The notes: a model not told the origin generated them from the sequence alone. DNA of 64,000 bases from Patescibacteria group bacterium (GCA_049325535.1 JBMOKY010000001.1:422611-486610), one strand, 5' to 3'; positions 9,029 through 19,592 are shown, counted from the first letter of the stretch. Numbers and translations: made by a program.

Positions 9029-9861
9029 TATGGGTAGCGCTGCTTAGATTTTTTGGCGAGGTAATCGATCATCATGCCGGCGATGTCAGTACCAGTCGTG
9101 TGCTGCGACCGGGCGAAGAAGCAGGGGAAATTTACCTCAGCGACATAGTGGCCATCATCGTCGAACAGAATATCCACCCCACCAGTTTCGATGCCCAGCG
9201 TCTGGACGGCGCGAATGGCGGTGCGCTGGAGCTCGGGGGAAAATTTTTTTGGCACGACCTGGGGGGTGCCCACATTTGATCGGAAGTCGCCGGATCGGGT
9301 TTGATACTCGATGCTATCGACGACCGATTCTCCGAGCACGATTAGTCTCGCTGAGCTCCGCGTCTGAATACACTGGCGCATGATGTAGTATTCTTTGGTG
9401 GCATCGAGATGATCCAGGACGGAAACCAGCGACTCGCGGGAGTCGAGGCGCATAACCCCAATGCCGTGGCTGCCGCCGATTACCTTGATAATCAGGGGGA
9501 AGCCGCCGACATATTCAATATATGCATCCAGGTGGGAGCGATTGACCCCGAAGATAGTTTTTGGAATCGGAATGCCCGCTTCATGGTGCAGCAGCGTGGC
9601 GTAGGGGTCGTTTGCCAGTCGTGTCTTGTCAGTATAAAATGTGACGACTTCCTGGTGCAACATATGGCGTTCCAGCGCGGTATATCGACTGCCCAATGTG
9701 ACACGGTACAGTAGCGTGCCGGGACTAAGGCGCGGCAAATTGCTAAAATCAACCGTATCAGCGTCGAGCGGTCGGTAGTGTATATTCCGCTGCCGGCAGG
9801 CGCGTTCGATCAGATCGTTCGTTTGTTTATTTCCTTCGTGGGTGATGACGACGCAGTCCAT
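9028..9861 (-). CDS. RimK/LysX-family ATP-grasp ligase
   Basis: GIPIPKT, FPLIIK..GSHGIGV, GDFRSN, GGVDIL, VAEVN. Confidence 0.88.
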   Translation of the reverse strand: MDCVVITHEGNKQTNDLIERACRQRNIHYRPLDADTVDFSNLPRLSPGTLLYRVTLGSRYTALERHMLHQEVVTFYTDKTRLANDPYATLLHHEAGIPIPKTIFGVNRSHLDAYIEYVGGFPLIIKVIGGSHGIGVMRLDSRESLVSVLDHLDATKEYYIMRQCIQTRSSARLIVLGESVVDSIEYQTRSGDFRSNVGTPQVVPKKFSPELQRTAIRAVQTLGIETGGVDILFDDDGHYVAEVNFPCFFARSQHTTGTDIAGMMIDYLAKKSKQRYP

Positions 9862-9953
9862 AGTACCTGATGAAAAGTAAAAAGTTCAGCGCTGCAACAT
9901 TCATAGTATACGTGGCTTTATCGCTTCGGACAAGTATGCCCTGATCTGCGCGA

Positions 9954-9982
9954 TTGTCCCGAAGGGAGAAAAATGGTATAGT
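9954..9982 (+). promoter_or_regulatory. Putative recJ promoter
   Basis: TTGTCC, 17 nt, then TATAGT with TGn, 13 nt before the ATG at 9996. Confidence 0.5.
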
Positions 9983-9995
9983 AACGGTCAATTCT

Positions 9996-11702
9996 ATGTC
10001 AAAAATTTGGCAGATTGCACCGCCGATTTCCGAGGATGTTCGCAACGCTTTTCCTGAAGTGCTGCCGCTGGTATTGCAGCTCCTGCACAATCGGGGACTC
10101 AAAACACAGCGTGAGATAGATGAATTCCTCAATCCTGATTATGGGGAAAATACCCATGATCCTTTTTTGTTTCGGCATATGGATCGGGCCGTTCAGCGGA
10201 TCATGACCGCAATACAGCGGGGCGAGCGCATTACAGTTCACGGTGATTATGACGCTGACGGGGTGTGCGCTACCGTTATCGCAGTTTCTGTGCTGCGGGC
10301 GCTCGGGGCTGATGTTACGGTGTATATCCCGCATCGCATGACCGAGGGCTATGGTCTGAATGCAAATACAGTCAATGAACTGGCCGCCCAGGGAACGACC
10401 GTAATCGTGACCGTCGATTGTGGCGTCAGCAATAAAGCCGAGGTCGTCCAGGCGCAGCAACGAGGCATTGACGTCATTATCACCGATCATCATGAGGAAC
10501 CGCCAGAATTACCCCCGGCGTATGCCATCATCAATCCCAGCGTGGCGGCTGATACGTATCCTTTTCGCACGCTGGCTGGATCCGGCGTGGCTTTTAAACT
10601 GGCCCAGGCGCTAGTTCGGCGCGACGGTGGGGTAAAACTCAAAGAGGGATTTGAAAAATGGCTGCTGGACGTGGTGGCCATCGGAACGATAGCCGATATG
10701 GTGCCTCTGGTCGGAGAAAATCGGACGCTGGCAAAATATGGATTAATCGTTCTGCAGAAAACGAAACGGCTGGGGTTGCGTGCGCTGGCGGAGTATTCAC
10801 GGTTTCCGCTGGAGAGCGTCGACAGTGCGGGTGTGGCATTTGGCATCGTTCCGCGTCTGAATGCGGCGGGGCGGATAGATCATGCCAATACTGCATTTGA
10901 GCTGCTGATGTGTGAGGATACCGGGGAGGCTCAGCGGGTGGCGGAGAGCCTGGAAAAGAATAATAAAGAGCGGCAGCGTATGACTGAACAGATGGTACAA
11001 GAGTCAAAACGCCAGCTGGGGGATGTGGGTGACGAGCGCATCCTATTTGCCATCGGAGATGACTGGTCAGCTGGATTGGTCGGGTTGGTCGCCGGTCGGC
11101 TGATGGATCACTATGACCGCCCGGTAATCGTCATGGGAAACCGCGGCGGCGAGATAATGGGATCGGGTCGTTCCATCGCTCCATTTGACATTACCGCAGC
11201 GCTGGTGAAATCCAGAGCATATCTGGATCGATATGGCGGTCATGCCAGCGCCTGTGGATTTACCCTGAAACCGGGAATGCTGGAACAATTTAAAGCGTCG
11301 ATGCGCAGTCTGGCGGGGCAGGCGATTTCCCCGCACGATATGACCAAGCGACTGGCTATAGATGCAGCTGTGTCGCTCGGAGATATCACCTGGGATATCG
11401 TCACTGCACTGGAAGGCTTCGAACCGTTTGGTCAGGGCAATCCAGCAGTTCGTTTTGCCGCGCGGCAATTACGGGTGGCTGATTTCCAGAAAGTGGGCAC
11501 CGATGGCAAGCATCTTCGGCTGCATGTCGAACAAGACGGGGTCACGAAGAAATTGATCGCTTTTGGCTATGGAAATTCCTGGGGTAACGAACTGGCCATC
11601 GGCGATATGATTGACGCTGTATTCGAATTAGCAGTTAATGAGTGGAATGGTAATCGCGAGCTGCAACTGAAATTAGTGGATATCCAGAGGAACACACTAT
11701 GA
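9996..11702 (+). CDS. recJ: Single-stranded-DNA-specific exonuclease RecJ
   Basis: HGDYDADG, TVDCG, ITDHH, PRLNAAGR, GSGRS, GGHASACG, EPFGQGNP. Confidence 0.97.
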   Translation: MSKIWQIAPPISEDVRNAFPEVLPLVLQLLHNRGLKTQREIDEFLNPDYGENTHDPFLFRHMDRAVQRIMTAIQRGERITVHGDYDADGVCATVIAVSVLRALGADVTVYIPHRMTEGYGLNANTVNELAAQGTTVIVTVDCGVSNKAEVVQAQQRGIDVIITDHHEEPPELPPAYAIINPSVAADTYPFRTLAGSGVAFKLAQALVRRDGGVKLKEGFEKWLLDVVAIGTIADMVPLVGENRTLAKYGLIVLQKTKRLGLRALAEYSRFPLESVDSAGVAFGIVPRLNAAGRIDHANTAFELLMCEDTGEAQRVAESLEKNNKERQRMTEQMVQESKRQLGDVGDERILFAIGDDWSAGLVGLVAGRLMDHYDRPVIVMGNRGGEIMGSGRSIAPFDITAALVKSRAYLDRYGGHASACGFTLKPGMLEQFKASMRSLAGQAISPHDMTKRLAIDAAVSLGDITWDIVTALEGFEPFGQGNPAVRFAARQLRVADFQKVGTDGKHLRLHVEQDGVTKKLIAFGYGNSWGNELAIGDMIDAVFELAVNEWNGNRELQLKLVDIQRNTL

Positions 11703-12106
11703 CCACGGACGCGTATCGACTCTATACTGACGGTGGAGCACGGGGCAATCCCGGGCCGGCGGGAACGGGGTATGTCATATTCCGTGGCAATGAACGCATC
11801 GCCGCTGGCGGATCGTATATTGGCACCGCCACCAACAACCAGGCTGAATACCGGGCGGTCATCGAAGGACTCAGTAAGGCGCATCAGTTGGGCATCCGTT
11901 CGCTTGACGTGTACATGGATAGTGAGCTCATCGTGAATCAGCTACTGCGCAAGTTCAAAATAAAGGATCCTGAGCTTGGAAAATTATTTATCAAAGCCTG
12001 GAATCTGATGCAGCAATTTACCCGTGTCACGTTTACCCATGTGCCGCGGGAAGAAAATGCTGACGCGGATCAGATGGTAAATCAGGCAATAGACAACGGG
12101 CAATGA
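11699..12106 (+). CDS. rnhA: Ribonuclease HI family protein
   Basis: YTDGGARGNPGPAG, TNNQAEY, DSELIV, HVPREENADAD; ATGA overlap with recJ. Confidence 0.92.
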   Translation: MTTDAYRLYTDGGARGNPGPAGTGYVIFRGNERIAAGGSYIGTATNNQAEYRAVIEGLSKAHQLGIRSLDVYMDSELIVNQLLRKFKIKDPELGKLFIKAWNLMQQFTRVTFTHVPREENADADQMVNQAIDNGQ

Positions 12107-12978
12107 TCGTCAATATTATTCTGGGATGTTTAGTGTTGAGTTTTCTCGCTATCGGGATGGCGTGGTTTGTCTCATCTCGGATTATCATGCAGCCACGAGA
12201 GGTGCATGAGGAAGAATGGCGCCAATATCATTTGCATCGTGAACACATATCGTTTCGTTCCGCTGACGGGCTGCTTTTGGACGGCGCATTCATCCATGGG
12301 TCACACGGAGCTACCATCATACTGCTCCACGGGTACGGCCGTTCAAAAGAACAGATGTTGCCGCAGGCGCGCCTGCTGAATGACGCCGGGTATTCCATTT
12401 TCATGTTTGATTTTCGTGCGTCGGGCAAAAGCGAGGGTAAATATATTACTTTTGGCGGGCGGGAGGTAGCCGATCTCGAGGGAGCTATTCAGTATTTAAA
12501 AACGCGCATCGATGTAAATATGGACCGTATCGGGGTACTGGGATTTTCCATGGGCGGCGCGGTGGCGATTTTGAAATCCGGGGATTTGCCGATCAAGGCG
12601 CTGGTGGTCAATTCAGCCTTTGCCCGGTTCAAATCGGTTATCTGGCAAAATTTTCGTCTATATCTGAAGGGGATTCCATTTTTTCCACTGGGGTATCTGA
12701 CGTTATTGGTCATGAAACTACGCACCGGCATATACTATTCCGCCATCAATCCCATACGATCCATGCAGAAACTAAAGGCGATCCCGCTGCTCATTATCCA
12801 CGGCGCGCATGACCGGCGTATTCCGGTCGAGGATGCCATGGAATTTCATCGCAGCGCCCCGTGGATTAAAGAGTTCTGGCTAGTGCGCCGTGCCGAACAC
12901 ACGGACGTGTATACGGTTACCAAAGACGAGTACGAACACAAGGTACTCAGTTTTTTCCGCAAATATTTACTCCACTAA
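12103..12978 (+). CDS. Membrane-anchored alpha/beta hydrolase
   Basis: N-terminal TM helix, LLHGY, GFSMGG nucleophile elbow, HGAHD and a C-terminal His. Confidence 0.9.
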   Translation: MIVNIILGCLVLSFLAIGMAWFVSSRIIMQPREVHEEEWRQYHLHREHISFRSADGLLLDGAFIHGSHGATIILLHGYGRSKEQMLPQARLLNDAGYSIFMFDFRASGKSEGKYITFGGREVADLEGAIQYLKTRIDVNMDRIGVLGFSMGGAVAILKSGDLPIKALVVNSAFARFKSVIWQNFRLYLKGIPFFPLGYLTLLVMKLRTGIYYSAINPIRSMQKLKAIPLLIIHGAHDRRIPVEDAMEFHRSAPWIKEFWLVRRAEHTDVYTVTKDEYEHKVLSFFRKYLLH

Positions 12979-13665
12979 GAAGCGCTCGGGGAAATCAGTA
13001 AAGATACCATCGACATGGCAACCCGTGACTCGATCGTAGTCGGCAGGTGCATTGACGGTATACGTAAACACTTTCAAACCGGCCTGGTGTGCTGCGGTCA
13101 CCAGTTCGTTTGTTATTGATTTGTTATCTGGATTGACCGAATACGCCCGCATGGCACTGGCGTATGCAATTGGTTGGGCTGGCATGTCACTGCCAAAAAG
13201 TACGCCGATGGCAATATCAGGCTGTAATTGTTTTAACTCTCGCAATTGCGGGTGATCAAATGATGAAATGAGAAATTGACGGAGGGTCCAACTGTGTTTT
13301 TGAACATACTCGGAAATTTTTTGCGCTACTGGATGTGCCGTTCCCACACCTTTCAATTCAATATTTATTGAACAGCGGTGATCAAGTAGTATGAGTAATT
13401 CGTCCAATGTAGGCACATATGCGCCACCGCCGGCATCGAGCTGCTGAAGTTCGTGGCGTGTCAGGTCTGAAACTGCACCCGTACCGTTTGTTGTTCGATC
13501 AACTGTTTCATCGTGGATAACGATGAGATCCCCGGTTTTGCATACATGTACATCACATTCTACCATGCTCACGCCCATTTTCTGTGCAGCAGCGAAAGAT
13601 GGGAGGGTATTCTCAGGGCGGGAACCGGCGGCACCCCGGTGGCCGATGATAAGTGGTTTTGTCAT
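12967..13665 (-). CDS. Glycerophosphodiester phosphodiesterase (UgpQ/GlpQ-like)
   Basis: IIGHRGAAG..PENT, ECDVH, HDETVDRTT, NIELK, GIFTDFP. Start trimmed to MTKPL because the longer frame overlaps rnpB. Confidence 0.93.
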   Translation of the reverse strand: MTKPLIIGHRGAAGSRPENTLPSFAAAQKMGVSMVECDVHVCKTGDLIVIHDETVDRTTNGTGAVSDLTRHELQQLDAGGGAYVPTLDELLILLDHRCSINIELKGVGTAHPVAQKISEYVQKHSWTLRQFLISSFDHPQLRELKQLQPDIAIGVLFGSDMPAQPIAYASAMRAYSVNPDNKSITNELVTAAHQAGLKVFTYTVNAPADYDRVTGCHVDGIFTDFPERFLVE

Positions 13666-13695
13666 ACGTGGGAAGTATAGCCTACGGATTTGATA

Positions 13696-13724
13696 TTGAC
13701 AAAAATGCCTTATTTTTCTATACT
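13696..13724 (+). promoter_or_regulatory. rnpB promoter
   Basis: TTGACA, 17 nt, TATACT, ending 6 nt before the P1 helix. Confidence 0.85.
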
Positions 13725-13730
13725 CCATCA

Positions 13731-14132
13731 TGCCCAAGTAAACTGGATGATTGCACGTTACATCATGTAATGTGAGGAAAGTCCGAACACCTCCGCCTAT
13801 ATAGGGCGGAACGTGGATAGTCGTGAAAGACGACCGAGGTGCAGCAACTAGAAGGTCTATAGTCTTCTGGATGTTGTCTTCAGGGAATAGTGTCACAGAG
13901 ACAATACCGCCCCGTCATCCGACAGGGTAAGGGTGAAAAGAGTGGGGTAAGAGCCCACAGGTTTGACCGGTGACGATCGAACGTGAAAAACCCTATCCGG
14001 TGCAAGACCAAGTAGGGTGCCCATTGGGCATCGGGTTGGTCGCATGATTCCGATGGTAACGTCGGAACCAGATAGATAATCATCGTCCACCGTTGGTGGA
14101 TACAGAATTCGGCTTACAGGTTTACTTGGGCA
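13731..14132 (+). ncRNA. rnpB: RNase P RNA
   Basis: Universal GAGGAAAGTCC and ACAGAATTCGGCTTA motifs, an AGGGTGAAA segment, and terminal P1 pairing TGCCCAAGTAAAC/GTTTACTTGGGCA. Confidence 0.97.
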
Positions 14133-14169
14133 CAACCTAATCAATAAAAACAATTAACCCATACCAGGC

Positions 14170-15561
14170 ATGAAAAAGTCAGAGCTGTTGTTTAGCGCAA
14201 TTTTGGTGCCCGTCGACTACTGCATGGTAGTTGTGGCGGGTATTTTTGCGTATAATCTTCGTTTCTTCTCGTTTTTTACCGATATTCGCCCGGTTTTTTA
14301 TGAGATTGTATTTAAAGATTTCTTTACCATTGTCTTGTCCGTGGCAGCCATCTATGTGATTATATTTGCCCTTTCCGGTTTGTATGCAATCAAAAGTACG
14401 CGTCGCCTTTTGGATGAAATGTCCCGAGTATTCGTCGCTGCCACCGCGGCAATTGCCATCGTTATCATCATCATTTTTTTTCAGCGTGAGCTATTCTCAT
14501 CACGATTTATCATATTGTCCGGCTGGATTCTGACGGTGATTCTGGTCATCATCGGACGATCTTTGGTCAGGTATATCCAGCGGGTATTTTTGAAACGGGG
14601 AGTGGGATTGCACAATATTGTGATCATCGGGAATGATAAAACCACCGAGGATATCGTGAAGCAAATTTATCAGCGACCAACGCTGGGATATCGCATCGTG
14701 GAGCGGAGCGTCGATTTTTCCGGTGACATTGAGGAGCGATTGAAAGAAAAGATGAAAACCGTCTCAATCGATGAGCTTATCCTCGGTGACACGAGCGTCG
14801 ATAAATCTCAGGTACTGGCCATGCGGAATTTTTGTACGGATTATCATATCACGTATAAATACGCCACGGACCTTTTCGAAGTCCAGCCGACCCATATCGA
14901 GATCAATACTATTGCCGATATCCCTATCATTGAAGTGAAGCGTACTCGGCTCGATGGATGGGGCAAAATTGCCAAACGGATTGTGGATATCGTCGGATCG
15001 GGAGTCGGATTGATTATACTTTCTCCGTTTTTGCTGCTGATCGCTCTCGGTATCATGATTGATTCGCAGGGTGGGGTGTTTGTCAAACTGGAGCGGGTCG
15101 GGTACAAAGGCAAAGCATTCCGATTGTATAAATTTCGTTCCATGGTACGTAATGCGCACGCGCTGAAACAGGATTTGGTACAGATGAATGAACGAGCCGA
15201 TGGTCCGCTGTTTAAAATAAAAAATGATCCCCGCATTACTCGCGTCGGGCGTTTTTTGCGAAAGACCAGCCTCGATGAGCTGCCGCAGCTGTATAATGTG
15301 CTCAAGGGCGAGATGAGCCTGGTCGGACCGCGTCCGCATGAACCAGAGGAAGTGTCACGATATGAACGGTGGCAGCGTAAGCTGCTGACAATCAAGCCCG
15401 GCATGACAGGTTTGGCCCAGATATCCGGCCGTTCCGATCTGCGATTTGAAGACGAGGCAAAATTGGATATTTACTATATTGAGAATTGGACCCCGACTCT
15501 TGATTTCCGTATCGTTATCAAAACCCCCTGGGTAGTGCTAACCGGCACGTCTGCCGCATAG
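14170..15561 (+). CDS. Priming undecaprenyl-phosphate sugar phosphotransferase (WcaJ/WbaP family)
   Basis: KRIVDI, KFRSM, DPRITRVGRFLRKTSLDELPQL, GEMSLVGPRP, KPGMTGLAQ. Confidence 0.95.
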   Translation: MKKSELLFSAILVPVDYCMVVVAGIFAYNLRFFSFFTDIRPVFYEIVFKDFFTIVLSVAAIYVIIFALSGLYAIKSTRRLLDEMSRVFVAATAAIAIVIIIIFFQRELFSSRFIILSGWILTVILVIIGRSLVRYIQRVFLKRGVGLHNIVIIGNDKTTEDIVKQIYQRPTLGYRIVERSVDFSGDIEERLKEKMKTVSIDELILGDTSVDKSQVLAMRNFCTDYHITYKYATDLFEVQPTHIEINTIADIPIIEVKRTRLDGWGKIAKRIVDIVGSGVGLIILSPFLLLIALGIMIDSQGGVFVKLERVGYKGKAFRLYKFRSMVRNAHALKQDLVQMNERADGPLFKIKNDPRITRVGRFLRKTSLDELPQLYNVLKGEMSLVGPRPHEPEEVSRYERWQRKLLTIKPGMTGLAQISGRSDLRFEDEAKLDIYYIENWTPTLDFRIVIKTPWVVLTGTSAA

Positions 15562-15564
15562 CGT

Positions 15565-16665
15565 ATGAAACTGGCATTAGTCCATGATCATCTAAACCAG
15601 CTCGGGGGGGCTGAACGAGTACTCAAAGCATTTTGTGATCTGTATCCGGATGCGCCGATGTACACGCTGATTTATGATGCGGACAAGACAAATCATGTTT
15701 TTGACAACACAACGATTAAAGAATCGTTTATTGCCCGGTTCCCGTTTGCCCGGAAGAAATTTCGCTGGTACCTGCCGATGATGGTTCCCGCCACCGAAAG
15801 TTATGCGCTGAACGGGTATGACGTGGTTTTATCGGACAGCTCGGGTTTGGCCAAGGGGGTCATCACCTCGCCCCGTTCGCTCCATATATGTTATTGCCAC
15901 ACGCCGACACGGTATCTCTGGAGTGACCATAATGAAATTATTGATAAACTGGAACGGAATAAATTAGTCGGGCGTCTGTCCCTCTTATACCGCAGCTATT
16001 TGCGTGTCTGGGATCGGCAAGCAGCTGATCGAGTGGATGTTTTTATCGCCAATTCCCAGTTTGTCGCTAAACGCATAAAGAAATATTACCAGCGGGAGAG
16101 CATAGTCATCCCACCGCCGGTTCTGACAGATTTGTTTCAGATAAGCCCAACCGTTGAGGACTATTACCTCATCGTGTCCCGGCTCCGTCCCTATAAACGC
16201 GTTGATCTGGCTATTCGTGCGTTCAATAAACTCGGTTTACCGCTGTACATTATCGGCGATGGGGAAGAGGAGGAGCGGTTACGCGCAATGGCCGGTCCGA
16301 CCATACGATTCCTCGGCTATGTGTCTGATGAAAAGAAGCGCACGTATATGGCTCGATGCAAGGCGCTGATTCATCCCCAGGAAGAGGATTTTGGCATTAC
16401 ACCAGTAGAGGCTATGGCCGCTGGGCGGCCAGTTATCGCCTATGGCGTCGGCGGTGCTTTGGAAACCGTCGTTTCCGGAAAAACCGGCGTGTTATTTGAC
16501 GAGCAATCATGGGAGGCTCTGGCTGATACGGTCATCCACTTTAAGTCGGATGCATTTGATCCCGCGGCAATCAGGCAACATGCGCGGCAATTTGACATCG
16601 AGCGATTTAAGGAGCGTATCAGTGAAGTAGTCACGAAAACTTGGCAAGAATATAAAAATCGGTAA
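15565..16665 (+). CDS. GT4 glycosyltransferase (mannosyltransferase-like)
   Basis: HDHLNQLGGAERV, YCHTPTRYLW, EDFGITPVEAMAAG. Confidence 0.93.
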   Translation: MKLALVHDHLNQLGGAERVLKAFCDLYPDAPMYTLIYDADKTNHVFDNTTIKESFIARFPFARKKFRWYLPMMVPATESYALNGYDVVLSDSSGLAKGVITSPRSLHICYCHTPTRYLWSDHNEIIDKLERNKLVGRLSLLYRSYLRVWDRQAADRVDVFIANSQFVAKRIKKYYQRESIVIPPPVLTDLFQISPTVEDYYLIVSRLRPYKRVDLAIRAFNKLGLPLYIIGDGEEEERLRAMAGPTIRFLGYVSDEKKRTYMARCKALIHPQEEDFGITPVEAMAAGRPVIAYGVGGALETVVSGKTGVLFDEQSWEALADTVIHFKSDAFDPAAIRQHARQFDIERFKERISEVVTKTWQEYKNR

Positions 16666-16680
16666 TACTATAGTATATAT

Positions 16681-17322
16681 ATGTCACATGAAATATCCGT
16701 TCAAACGCCTTTTCAGCGATACCGCTGGTTGGTCATCGCCATCACCGTCGGTGGCGCCTTGGCGGCACTGGTATTTGCCCTGATTACCCCGGTCCAGTAT
16801 GATACTTCGCTGGCTTTTTTTATCAATCGGACGAATACGCAGGTGACGACCGAATACCAGTACGACGGGTATTATGCCATTCAGGCATCCGATCTTTTTG
16901 CCCAGACAGTGATGAGCTGGTTTTTGACACCGTCGGTACTGCTCGACATATATGGCCAGGCCGGCATCGATCCGGCAATTTCATCTATCGAGGAGCTGAC
17001 GTCTCGCTTCAAGACGCGGCAGTATTCGCCGCAAAACATCGTCGTCCGCTATCAGGAGCGTGATCGTGATACCGCGCAAAAAATAGCTATTGCCATAACT
17101 GACGTGGTTGAGAAAAAAGGAGCTGACGCAAACAAGAACATTGAGCAGGAAGCGCTGTTTGATGTCCAGGGAGGCGTCCCGGTGGTCGTCGAAAAACGAC
17201 CGAGCATTGTACTGAATGCCGGTATTGGCCTGGTGGCCGGATTTATTTTGAGCGTGGTTCTCGCCTATAGTCTAGATTATCTTCGCCGACCGGCGCAGCC
17301 GAAACAAACCCAACTGCCATAA
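16681..17322 (+). CDS. Wzz/CpsC-like polysaccharide co-polymerase (two TM helices)
   Basis: N- and C-terminal TM helices, P-x-Y after TM1, P...N..IG..AG before TM2, and operon context. Confidence 0.65.
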   Translation: MSHEISVQTPFQRYRWLVIAITVGGALAALVFALITPVQYDTSLAFFINRTNTQVTTEYQYDGYYAIQASDLFAQTVMSWFLTPSVLLDIYGQAGIDPAISSIEELTSRFKTRQYSPQNIVVRYQERDRDTAQKIAIAITDVVEKKGADANKNIEQEALFDVQGGVPVVVEKRPSIVLNAGIGLVAGFILSVVLAYSLDYLRRPAQPKQTQLP

Positions 17323-17325
17323 TCC

Positions 17326-18453
17326 ATGCGTATCGGGATCGATATTCGATCGCTCATCGAAACGCATCCCTCGGGGGTTAGTCACTATACCCGGGAGTTA
17401 TTGCAGCATCTGCCGCTGATTGGTGGGGGGCATGAGTTCCGGCTTTTTTGTAATTCCGCGGCGGAGGTACCTGGTTGGCTGACGACCCTCATCGCCCGCT
17501 ATCCGCAGTATCACCTGGTTCACCGGCGCATGCCCAATAAACTTTTCAATCTGATGCAGTGGGCCATGGGGCTGCCGGCGGTGGATCGGTTGGCCGGTAC
17601 GGTCGATGTGTTCCTCATGCCAAATATCATATTTGCTGGCATCAGTCGCATGACGCCGCTCGTCATCACCGCTCATGACGCCTCGTTTACCTACCCGGGG
17701 TTTTATCAATTACGATCGCGATGGTGGCACCGGGTAGTCAATCCCGGGCGCTGGTATCGGCGAGCTGATCATATCCTGGCCGTATCGGAGAGCACACGGC
17801 GGGACCTGGTGATGCATTTCGGGATTCCAGAGCAGAAGGTGAGCGTGGTTCATCTCGGGGTGGATATGGCGCGATTTCAGTCAGTGGCCGCCACCCAGAT
17901 CGAGCAGGTTCGCAGCAGCTTCCGGCTGGATCGACCGTACGTCTTGTTTATGGGTACGGTCATGGATCGCAAAAACATTGATACCATACTGCAGGCATGG
18001 CGCGCATTGACCGGACCCGGGGATGGGGGATATGATTTAGTCCTCGCCGGATACATTCAGGAGGCGCGATTGATACCGGACGATGATCGTATCCGGGCAC
18101 TCGGATATATCCCGGAACCGCTCAAACCAGCGCTATATGCCGGGGCTACGGCGTTTGTGTATCCATCATTTTTTGAAGGTTTTGGTCTGCCGGTATTGGA
18201 GGCGATGGCATCAGGGGTGCCGGTTATTACCAGTGCTGCTACGTCGCTCGGAGAAGTGGCTGGGGACGCTGCGCTCCTGGTGAATCCGTACCGGGCTGAT
18301 GAGCTGGCCGATGCGTTACGCGTTGTATTGCGCGACCAGGCCCTGCGTGACATGCTGATTCGGCGCGGGCGGGAGCGTGCGTCGCTTTTTTCCTGGGAAC
18401 GGACCGCCCGGGAGACATTAGCGGTCCTCAGAGCACAAGGAACACGATCATGA
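17326..18453 (+). CDS. GT4 glycosyltransferase
   Basis: MRIGID; YPSFFEGFGLPVLEAMASG. Confidence 0.93.
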   Translation: MRIGIDIRSLIETHPSGVSHYTRELLQHLPLIGGGHEFRLFCNSAAEVPGWLTTLIARYPQYHLVHRRMPNKLFNLMQWAMGLPAVDRLAGTVDVFLMPNIIFAGISRMTPLVITAHDASFTYPGFYQLRSRWWHRVVNPGRWYRRADHILAVSESTRRDLVMHFGIPEQKVSVVHLGVDMARFQSVAATQIEQVRSSFRLDRPYVLFMGTVMDRKNIDTILQAWRALTGPGDGGYDLVLAGYIQEARLIPDDDRIRALGYIPEPLKPALYAGATAFVYPSFFEGFGLPVLEAMASGVPVITSAATSLGEVAGDAALLVNPYRADELADALRVVLRDQALRDMLIRRGRERASLFSWERTARETLAVLRAQGTRS

Positions 18454-19565
18454 TTATAGGAATAGACGCTCGATTTTATGGCACCGGCGCCAAAGGACTT
18501 GGCCGATATACTCAGAAACTGATAACTCATCTGGAGGATATTGACCATGAAAACGATTACGTCATTTTTTTGCGTCGTGAAAATTGGGATGAGTATCGGC
18601 CGCAGAATCCACGCTTCCGGAAAGTTTTGGCGGATTTCCGCTGGTACACGCTCCGAGAACAGATTTTTTTTCCGTTGGTAGTGCGCCGGGAACGAGTCGA
18701 CGTCATGCATTTCACGCATTTCAATGTGCCGCTGTGGTATGTCGGGAAATTTATTGTGACTATTCACGATTTAATTCTGACGAAGTACCCGACCCAGCGC
18801 GCATCGACTCTCGGCCCGCTCTTGTACCGGATCAAGCATGCTGCATATTTACTGACCATACGCCGCGCCATCAGGCGTGCGAGCCGGATTATTGCCGTGT
18901 CTCAGTATACCAAGGCTGACATCGTAGCTCATTTTGGCGTCGCTCCGGAAAAAATTAGCGTAACTTATGAAGCGGTCGATGTTCCGGTCCAGGAGGAACC
19001 AAATGACCAATCGGTGCTCGACCGGTATCACGTTGTCCAACCTTATCTACTCCATGTCGGAAACGTCTATCCGCATAAAAATATCGAGCGGCTGCTCGAG
19101 GCACTGGCGCAGGTCAGGCAATCCCACCCGCAGTTGTCGCTCGTGCTCGTCGGGAAGGAGGATTATTTCATCAATCGGATGAAAAAATTGGTGCAATCGC
19201 GCGGGCTTGCCGGGGCGGTGATTTTTACCGGCTATGTACCGGATGGATCATTGCCATCGCTGTATCGCCATGCGTCGGCATACGTGTTTCCGTCGCTATG
19301 CGAGGGGTTTGGCCTGCCTGGATTGGAGGCGTGCGCTTTTGGCGTTCCGGTCGCGGCAAGTAATAATTCGTGCCTTCCGGAAATTCTCGGCTCGGCGGCT
19401 GTATATTTTGATCCCCATGATGGAGCGGCTATGGCCGTCGCTATTCGCCAATTGATCGAGAATCGATCGGTAGCCGACCGCTTGATCGCCCTCGGCCATG
19501 AACAGGTGCGCGCATTCAGTTGGAAGGTGATGGCGGAGCGGACGAGGGCATTGTATAGTCAATAA
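18450..19565 (+). CDS. GT4 glycosyltransferase
   Basis: IGIDAR, TIHDL, FPSLCEGFGLPGLEA. Confidence 0.93.
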   Translation: MIIGIDARFYGTGAKGLGRYTQKLITHLEDIDHENDYVIFLRRENWDEYRPQNPRFRKVLADFRWYTLREQIFFPLVVRRERVDVMHFTHFNVPLWYVGKFIVTIHDLILTKYPTQRASTLGPLLYRIKHAAYLLTIRRAIRRASRIIAVSQYTKADIVAHFGVAPEKISVTYEAVDVPVQEEPNDQSVLDRYHVVQPYLLHVGNVYPHKNIERLLEALAQVRQSHPQLSLVLVGKEDYFINRMKKLVQSRGLAGAVIFTGYVPDGSLPSLYRHASAYVFPSLCEGFGLPGLEACAFGVPVAASNNSCLPEILGSAAVYFDPHDGAAMAVAIRQLIENRSVADRLIALGHEQVRAFSWKVMAERTRALYSQ

Positions 19566-19592
19566 GATTATTGTACACTAGAGTGAGTTTCT

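Noticed and set aside
13666-14153. N-terminal extension of the phosphodiesterase ORF and the 86-aa ORF at 13893-14153
   Set aside because: Both are antisense to the RNase P RNA and its promoter.
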